A stretch of 64,000 nucleotides of DNA, taken from Octopus vulgaris (taxonomy: Eukaryota). The DNA is taken from the NCBI GenBank assembly GCA_951406725.2, contig OX597837.1, forward strand, positions 43,028,001-43,092,000, given 5' to 3'. Within the stretch, counting starts at the first letter, position 1; each line of letters begins with the position of its first letter. The translations under genes and the position numbers were made by a program. The notes below the pieces were generated by a model that was not told the origin of the DNA, made no database searches, and saw only the letters and a list, made by a program, of their open reading frames with translations. Positions 53,640 through 64,000 of this stretch are shown one piece after another.

Positions 53640-53718
<79 letters not shown>

Positions 53719-53804
53719 TAATGATAATAATAATGATAATAATAATAATAATAATATCAAAAAATACCTTAGGAATGAGAACCCAGGTTCGAAATTTTCC
53801 CCAA

Positions 53805-53850
53805 GACACCTGAAGAAGGCGGAGGGTATATCAGCCGAAATGTTGTGTTA
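53805..53850 (+). ncRNA. Minimal type I hammerhead motif, family HA (in repeat 53757-53900)
   Basis: GACAC-CUGAAGA-A-GGCUG-gaggguauau-CAGCC-GAA-AUGU-U-GUGUU. Confidence 0.7.
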
Positions 53851-54566
53851 ACAACAAACAAGATGAGGACAAATATCCGTCAAATATAAATAATGTACAA
53901 GTCTTGCGCAGTAATATTAATTAACAAGTAGCTATAAGGTAATATTCTGTTGCGTCGCACGATGAGTTCGTTTGCTTTTTTTTCTACCTCATACTCAATC
54001 ATCATATGTCTGAGAAGAGAGAAAAAAGAATATATTTAAACTTCGAAAACGATTAACACTAGAATGAAATATATCGTTTCCTGTTTATTTAAATAACGAC
54101 TAAAATAAAAGAAAAAACAAAGACGAAAAATCAAACAAGCAAAACATAGATAAAAACATCAAACCACGAACGAATTCATCTGTTGTATTAGCGATCCCTG
54201 ATGAGATGTTAATTTATACAGAAACTATAATTATTCATTTTAATTAATGTCACATAAAGGATGGCCTCTGGTTAAAGCACGGTGTTTGCACGTTCGTTAG
54301 TTTATATTATATATGAATCTCTCTCTCTCTCTCTGTCTATCTCTCTCTCGCTTTATATCTATCTATCTATCTATATTTATATTATTCCGAGATGTGCTGG
54401 TTTACATGTTACGTATCTTAGCCTCTGGCAAAAAAAACAAACAAACAAGAAAAAACGTGTCTGCACGGTCGTTAGTTGTCAATATGTAAGTATAAATGTA
54501 TACTTGTATATATGCACGAATGTATGCATATACATACATACATATATATATGTATATATACATATA

Positions 54567-54618
<52 letters not shown>

Positions 54619-55283
54619 CATACATATATTTACATACAATTTTTGTTTCAACATGAAAATGTACATCTTCGGAGTCGTCTTCGCTGACATTGAATATATA
54701 TTATGCTTATTGCACAAGTATAATTTAGTTTTAAATTATTTCTGTTAAAATAATTTCCTGTTATGTTAGTTGACAGCTGAACAGAGCGTATTGAGAATGA
54801 ATACACAAACCATCGTGTTACTGGCTGGTAGTTATCGTCACGCAGCAGCGAATTATACGTTTGCTGAATATATGAACCAGAACCACAGTCTCTTGTTGTA
54901 GTCTTTAGTGAACCTTTCACTGAGGGGGCAAAACGATGTCAAAAGACCGGGTGTTGAAAGTTCTACTACGCTCCTGAATCTGGTGTGTTATGAACACGTA
55001 TTCGTCTGAAAGGAGAAGTGGTTTTCCGATGAGAGAAAACAATATCGATTAACATGTTCACGATCCAATAAACATGATCATATTAAGAATGAATATGCGA
55101 ATCATCGTTTAAAATGGTCATTTTGGATTTACTGATGTTGAACGTGACGGATGTAATCAGAGGCTCTTCCGATGTCTTATCCTGCTATTGAATGGCAACA
55201 TTAGGGTAGTATCCGAATCAACATATCCACTTATTTCTAGCATGAAGCAGATATTCATTTATTTGACAATATACAAGAACTTT

Positions 55284-55465
55284 TAAGGCGGCGAAGCTGG
55301 ATGGAACGTTAGCGGTATTTCGTCTGTCTTTACGTTCTGAGTTCAAATTCCGCCGAGGTAGACTTTGCCTTTCGTCCTTTCGGGGTCGATAAATTAAGTA
55401 CCAGTTGCGCACTGGGTCGATCTAAAAAATTTCGGGCTTTGTGCCTAGAGCAGAAACGAATATAT
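55284..55465 (+). mobile_element. SINE family A, shortened copy
   Basis: AAGGCGGCGAAGCTGG..GAGTTCAAATTCCGCCGAGG..CTTTCGGGGTCGATAAATTAAGTACCAG. Confidence 0.85.
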
Positions 55466-55519
55466 TAGAACTTTTGCCTGATGTATTTTGAGGAGTATTA
55501 CATATCTACTACTGTAAGT

Positions 55520-56220
<701 letters not shown>

Positions 56221-56652
56221 AGAGGAAGGATGTGATGTGTATCTGCTTAATCTTATTTGAAGTGTTACTGTGATCTTCCTTGAGTCTCACAGGATATTTT
56301 TTTTATTGCAGCACATTTGAATGCGCATGCGTAAAATAAAAAAAAAGATGTAATAATCATTTGATTTCGTTCAATGTTTTCCGATCTCTCTCCCTCTCTT
56401 ACACCCTCTCTCTTCTCTTTCTCTCTCTCTCTCCCCCCTCTCTCTTTCTTTCTCTCTCTCTAACGATGTCTGTAGGCGTCCTGTAGGTGTCTTTACATGG
56501 CTAAAAGTACATTTTGGAATATATATCTCTGTGTGTGTATGTGTATGTGTATGTGCGTGCATGTGTGTGTATATGTATGTATGTATATATATATATATAT
56601 ATATGTGTGTATATATATATACATATATATATATATATGTATGTGAGTGTGC

Positions 56653-56689
<37 letters not shown>

Positions 56690-56706
56690 CATATATATAT
56701 ATACAT

Positions 56707-56773
<67 letters not shown>

Positions 56774-56776
<3 letters not shown>

Positions 56777-57555
56777 GTGCAGTAAATAAGTCGTCTAAAT
56801 TACGTCAAAATGAAAGTACCACTGACATCTTATTTTAACAGATATATTTACCAAAATTGCATAGAAATATCTTGAAATACTTAATATTAAATTTATCCAA
56901 TAAAATCGCCATTGGCTTCAACCATAGCCTGCAGACGACTTCGGAATCTCCTGCAACACTACTGGACAGTCTCTTTGTATAAGTTGGTGAATGCTGCCAT
57001 AATCCTTCCCTTCAGTTTATCTTTGGTGTTGCAAGGAGTTTTGTTGGTCTCTTGGTCAACTGCGCTCCACACATAATAATTAAGGGGGTTCCAGTCTGGA
57101 GAGTTAGGTGACCAAATGTTAGGGGTGATGTGGTCGCAGAAATTATCTGACAGCCATGGCTGAGTTCTCCTGCTTGTGCGGTATAGTGCAAAGTCTTATT
57201 GCCAGACATAGGGTCTCCAGCAGCCACCCTCTTGATCTTGGGCAGCACTACCTCTTGCAGGCACTTGATGTAGGCCTTTGTGTTGAGCTTGAGGTCGTGT
57301 GGGAAGATTAATGTAGGCATAACGTTGACATCGCTAGCAATCACTCCAAACACTATGATGTTGACTGGATGCTTAATTGTTATCACTCTCAGTAATGTTT
57401 TGGGGACACGGTGAGCCAAAGGTTGATTTGTGCGTTCACCATCTGATCCCGACAGAAATTTGTTCTCGTCTGAGGAAAATCAAAGCGCGTTCGGTTGAAG
57501 GGGATGCGCTTAAGTTTGTTCAAAAGTATCGTAGCGCTGTCTCTCCTCTCGTCCT
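56774..57555 (-). pseudogene. Tc1/mariner-superfamily DD37D (maT-like) transposase remnant with 3' end
   Basis: SDE motif near 57465, then KHPVNIIVFGVIASD..., then YVWQ*DFALYRTSRRTQPWLSDNFCDHITPNIWSPNSPDWNPLNYYVW (37 residues between the second and third catalytic positions; the third reads N here), and C-terminal CRRFRSRLQAMVEANG. Confidence 0.85.
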
Positions 57556-57559
57556 TGAT

Positions 57560-57660
57560 GGCTTGCGATAACACAACGCGCCACCCAATCAGGAAATCGA
57601 ACCCTTGATGTACGGATTGTGTGTGCAACCGCCCAACCACTAGGCCACACGCCCTCACAG
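57560..57660 (-). mobile_element. tRNA-derived SINE head fragment
   Basis: GGGCGTGTGGCCTAGTGGTT..GGGTTCGATTTCC..GCGTTGTGTT. Confidence 0.6.
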
Positions 57661-57829
57661 ATATGCGTATATTGAATATTACGTATATTAAATGTTACAC
57701 TTTTGTTCGTTGTTTTGCAATTTCTTCTTTCTGTGTTATTATAAGTTCGTCCGAATACATTAGATACGAAAATCAACGCCCGCGCTGCTTCCATCTTTAT
57801 CTTTCATTAGCTTATCTTTCATTACAAGA

Positions 57830-58500
<671 letters not shown>

Positions 58501-59639
58501 TAACTGGAGAAGCTTTTGAATAAGAAACCAAGCCAGCTTAATGTACTAAAGACCCTGTATATAGAGAAAGTCATAAATAACGATATACTAAGCAAAGGCG
58601 CCTAACAAGTGAGCGAAATTATTAAGTTTACTAATAGTTTTCCGCCCCAGTTTGTTCTCTTAACTCAGCTAAAGAGAACATTAATTCTAACTTCAACAGA
58701 CACACGACACACAGACACACCATTATCCCTAACCTTAATCTAACCTTACAATAATTCTCTATAAACATTATGTAAATATACAGCACCATTCAGCATAAAT
58801 ATTTTGCCTTTTTTTTCTTTTGCTGCTTTCATAAGGCAAATATTTACTTCTAAAGAGTTTTGATGGCGATGACGATGACGACGACGATGATGGCGATGAC
58901 GATGACGACGACGATGATGGCGATGACGATGACCATGATGATGATGATACCGATGTTAATGATGATGATGGTGATGGTAATGACGAAAGCGACGACGATT
59001 CTTCTTCTTCTTCTTCTTCTTCTTCTTCTTCTTCTTCTTCTTCTTCTTCTTCTTCTCCTTATGATAATGAAACTTTTACGAGATACGTATCCAGTATAGC
59101 TCTGAACTTGACAGCCACTTGGTTAAGAACGTACCTGCTCATCCTCTTGAATTTCGGGTTCAATTTCACCCTGTGCGCGAGATTTTGAGGAAATATTTCC
59201 TGTTATACTCACGGAACATACACACACACACAACACACACATACACACACATACATAATTCTGGCTGTTTCTTATCATTCACTCATTTACCGAGCAAACT
59301 AATAAATATTATAAAAGATTTAAAATCTAGATTCATTAATGAAATTCAAATATTGAAAAAAAAAAAAAACCCCTAAAAAAGTGCAAAACACATCGAAAAA
59401 ATGAAGAAAAAAAAAACACAAAACAAGCAAATAATAACATGATTAATCAATTTGATGTTTTATTCATTTGCGTAGGTATGTTTCGCCCCATGAGGTCGTC
59501 AACAGCGACACATACTTCGAGTAATAATGCTATTATTTTGAACGGAGTACTGTTATCTGATCTTAGTTTCATTGCCGAAATATCATTTATTCATATTGTG
59601 GACTCCAGCGTCACATTCCTCTTCTCAACTGAACATTTT

Positions 59640-59668
59640 TCTATGCATACACATATGCATGTACATAC

Positions 59669-59699
<31 letters not shown>

Positions 59700-59714
59700 C
59701 ATACATATTTATAC

Positions 59715-59765
<51 letters not shown>

Positions 59766-60305
59766 CATATTTATACATACATATACATATATATATATAT
59801 ATATACGAATATAAACAAGAAGGGTAGTAATATTATTTACTACCAGGTGCCCAGCACAAAAGACGAATTAGTCATAAGACAAAAATATTATTCATATAGA
59901 AAAATATTATTCATGTGGTTATACAATTGTATATATATATATATATATATACACATATATATACACATATATATACAAATATATAGGTACAAATATATAT
60001 ATATATACACATATATGCATACATATATACATATGTGTGTTTATATATTTACATATACATATGCATAGATACATATATACATATATTGATACATATATAT
60101 ACATATATATATACAAAAGATATATATATATATATATATATATACATACATATATACATATATGTGCTCATATACATACATACATATATATATATACACA
60201 TTCATATGCATAAACACACATATACAGATATGTATATATAGTGTATATCGTTGTGTGTGTGATATGTGTATATATATGTGTATATATATATACATATATA
60301 TATAC

Positions 60306-60351
<46 letters not shown>

Positions 60352-60355
60352 GCAT
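59640..60355. repeat. (TA)n/(TACA)n degenerate microsatellite block
   Basis: Directly visible. Confidence 0.9.
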
Positions 60356-60899
60356 ATGTTACAAATAATAAATCCTCCTATGAACTTCACTATAAAAATA
60401 AGCTTAGCTGATGAAGCACTCATATAACGAAACATGCATTCGCAAATGAAATGTAGCAGAAACTAGATTAATCTTGCCATCATATTTGCTTACAGTTCAA
60501 TTCTAAGTCGACAGTGTACCCAGTTGGAAACTGATACTTAGCCCTTCTCAGGGTCGCAGCACACGTCACAGCTGTTCTAGAAACCAGAGAAACCAATTCC
60601 ACTTAAGGGGTACTCAAACGGCGGACAGCAGGTGGACACCCGGGAGTCATGACTTGGATGTGCCCCCACCCCCTTGAGTATCAGGAGTTAAGTGCCGAAA
60701 AACTTGCCTAAAGGGGGTTTCTCCTCTGAGGACCACCTGCTGTTACACTCTCCGAGTTTCTTTCCACCTAAAGTCGATGTCACTTAACGAAGACGCGGCG
60801 TTGTGAGATCGAACGCCGGTTGATAGAGTCGTAAGACTAATTTCTCTTCCTACCATCACGACCATTCGTGCATCCATATTCTAAGTCTTAAAATGCAAT

Positions 60900-61291
60900 T
60901 ACTCTTTTACTCTCTCTTTTACTGTTTTTCAGTCATTTGACTGCGGCCATGCTGGAGCACCGCCTTTTAGTCGAACAAATCGACCCCGGGACTTATTCTT
61001 TTGTAAGCCCAGTACTTATTCTATCGGTCTCTTTTGCCGAACCGCTAGGTGACGGGGACGTAAACACAGCAGTATCGGTTGTCAAGCAACGCTAGGGGGA
61101 CAAACACAGACACACAACCCCCCCTCACACACACACATATATATATATATATATACATATATACAACAAGCTTCTTTCAGTTTCCGTCTACCAAATCCAC
61201 TCACAAGGCATTGGTCGGCCCGGGGCTATAGCAGAAGACACTTGCCCAAGATGCCACGCAGTGGGACTGAACCCGGAACCATGTGGTTGGT
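60900..61291 (-). mobile_element. SINE family B, nearly full length
   Basis: Reverse complement match; first ~30 nt of the head missing. Confidence 0.9.
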
Positions 61292-61526
61292 TACTCTCTT
61301 TCGTTTGGAAAAGATGTCAAGAAGAAAACACCCGGATAAACTTTACTATAAAGGAATTTCAACCTTCATATCAAACAGCATTTTTTTTTTACGCGTGAAA
61401 ATGGCGGCTCACGGCATCTTTCATCAAACGACGATATCGTGATGAATGGAACCAAAATCTCTCAGATTAGCTTAACACCTGATAAAGGTATGATATACAC
61501 TGCAGAATAAAAGACAAATAGAAGTA

Positions 61527-61615
<89 letters not shown>

Positions 61616-61686
61616 TATATACATATGTGTATATATATATATATATATGTGTGTATGTATGTATGTATGTATGTATAGATATGCAC

Positions 61687-61723
<37 letters not shown>

Positions 61724-61771
61724 GATACGTATATACATACAAGCATATATGCACATACATACATACATACA

Positions 61772-61802
<31 letters not shown>

Positions 61803-61986
61803 GTATATTCATTTTTACAAAGAAATATTATTTCACAAAGTATGCTAACTGTGACTCCGAAGTTTTGAGTTGCCCTCAGTCAAAGGTGTTTTCGTAGCAT
61901 TAAGTGAGAACAAGGAAAGAATGCAGAACATCCTCTACACGGCTTCATGCTATTACATTTAATTTGACACTAAAAATAAACACAAG

Positions 61987-62101
<115 letters not shown>

Positions 62102-62451
62102 GTCAGTATGTCTGCCTGTCTCTGCATACATACACATTCCACCAGTGTTGTGTTTTTCGCGCCCATTGCCTCCCTAATCTCTCTCTCCATTTCTCTTTTT
62201 CGAAACGTAGAGTAGATGAAACCTTTAGCGATTGAAGAAGGGGTTTTTTCTTTGTGTGAATTGCCCTGTACTCTATTTTTTTGCTGTTTTTAAAGAAATG
62301 TCCAGTTCCTTTGGTTTGTGTCTATGTTTTCGTTTCTCATTGTGTTCGACGTCCTTTTGGTGTTCTGTACTCATATATGCGTGTATATGTACATGTAGAG
62401 GTAGGTACGCACATATATGTTTATATATATGCATATGTTTTATTTTATTTA

Positions 62452-62523
<72 letters not shown>

Positions 62524-62749
62524 TAGATATAGATATAGATATAGATATGCATACATATATATATGGGACGACCCCCTTCGGTCATGACTGACCATGGGAT
62601 TGCTCCTAGAAAGTTACTCTCCAGTGCAAATTTCTTTATGGAAGGCCACAAGTCGCCCATGCATACCAGCAGCCCCCCTCTCCACACCACTGACGTTGTT
62701 CAAGGCAAAGACCGATACAGCTTGGCACCAGTGATGTTGCAATTTATTG

Positions 62750-63317
62750 ATAGATAGATATATAGATAGATTGATAGATAGATAGACAGACAGATAGACA
62801 GACTGGTTGATATAAAGCTAGCTAGCTAGATATATACGTGGCTGGCTTGATAGACAGAAAACTAAGAGAATTATATAAAGCACAAATAAATATTAGATGC
62901 ATAGATAAAAAGTTAGATAGTCAGTTAGAGAGACATTTAGATAGACTGTAAAATAGATCAACAAATAAATAGATAGATGACCCGCTAGACTGATAGACAT
63001 CTATATAAATATATAGATAGACAGATAAATATACAGATAAGAAGATATCAGTCTTAACAGACAAAGAAAAGATTGGACGAATATATAAATATTGTTCTAA
63101 ACAGACAATTCGGAAGATAGATAAATAGATAGATAAATAGATGGATAGATAGATAGACAAACAGATAGATAGATAGATAGGTAGATACGTGGCTGGCTTG
63201 ATAGACAGAAAAACAAGTAAATCTAAGAGAATTTTATAAAGCACAAAAAATATTAGATACGTAGATAAAAAGTTAATATAAACAGTTAGACATTTAGATT
63301 AATCAAATAGATAGGTT

Positions 63318-63386
<69 letters not shown>

Positions 63387-63595
63387 GTATATAGATTGAT
63401 AGATAGATAGATTGATAGATTGATAGATAGATTGATAGACATCTATATAGATCGAGAGATAGAAAACTTTACAGATAGGAAGATATCTGACTTAACGGAC
63501 ATGAAAAAAACTGAGTGGATGAAAGGCAATGATAATATGAACAAATAAATATCGGTTAAACAGCAGGTAGATAGACAGACAGATAGATAGATAGG

Positions 63596-63658
<63 letters not shown>

Positions 63659-63660
63659 CT
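62750..63660. repeat. (GATA)n block containing a diverged tandem duplication
   Basis: ATACGTGGCTGGCTTGATAGACAGAAAA at ~62834 and ~63185; TACAGATA(A/G)GAAGATATC at ~63032 and ~63470. Confidence 0.8.
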
Positions 63661-64000
63661 TTTTATTGTGGCCACACAGGGCTAAACACAGAATAAAAAT
63701 GGACGAAATACAATGTAGAGTTTTTTCTTTTCGAGGTGGGATGGGTGGGACACAAAGAAAAAGAAACGTTCGATCAATAGGGATCTGTGGGTTGTGTGGT
63801 GTATAAAAATATAATATACATATATATAAATAAAGTTCACAGTTTAGGTGTAGGCCCTGGAAAGAAAAACCTACAAAAAAGACCAAGGTCACCTCAGACA
63901 GTTCGAAAATGAACACATGATAAGTCGCCTTACCTCTCGTTGCCTCTTTTGGTCACAGATTTACGCTTAAAATAGTGTTGTCTTTCATACTGACCATTTT

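Noticed and set aside
54196-54232. CTGATGAGATGT...ACAGAAAC
   Set aside because: Stem II register is wrong (no G10.1-C11.1 pair) and there is no stem I.
60404-60445. CTGATGAAG...CGAAACATGCATT hammerhead-like boxes
   Set aside because: Stem II and stem I do not pair; at best a heavily decayed copy, so not counted.

Overview
AT-rich, extremely repeat-dense eukaryotic non-coding DNA. The SINE families and the (TA)n/(TATC)n/(AAT)n microsatellite load look like an octopus (coleoid cephalopod) genome; this is pattern recognition, not a database result. I see no intact protein-coding gene. Almost all listed ORFs are translated microsatellites. The recognisable protein remnants are all from transposons: mariner, DD37D/maT, and Dong/R4-clade RLE retrotransposon 3' ends sitting in (AAT)n tracts. 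Other content: several tRNA-derived SINE families (one forming 184-bp tandem arrays), a TTAA piggyBac-type MITE, a mariner deletion derivative, two non-autonomous Helitron-like elements and an 88-bp higher-order minisatellite. The most notable signal is about 15 short non-coding repeats from several families carrying minimal type I hammerhead-ribozyme folds of the Penelope-pLTR/retrozyme type. Several families show recurrent non-canonical cores (C3G/G8C covariation, A6U, U4C, extra purine after A9). One copy is joined to a tRNA-like Pol III head, and several insertions are fold-back palindromes whose turning point lies at the hammerhead. Ribozyme activity is inferred from motif and base pairing only and is untested.
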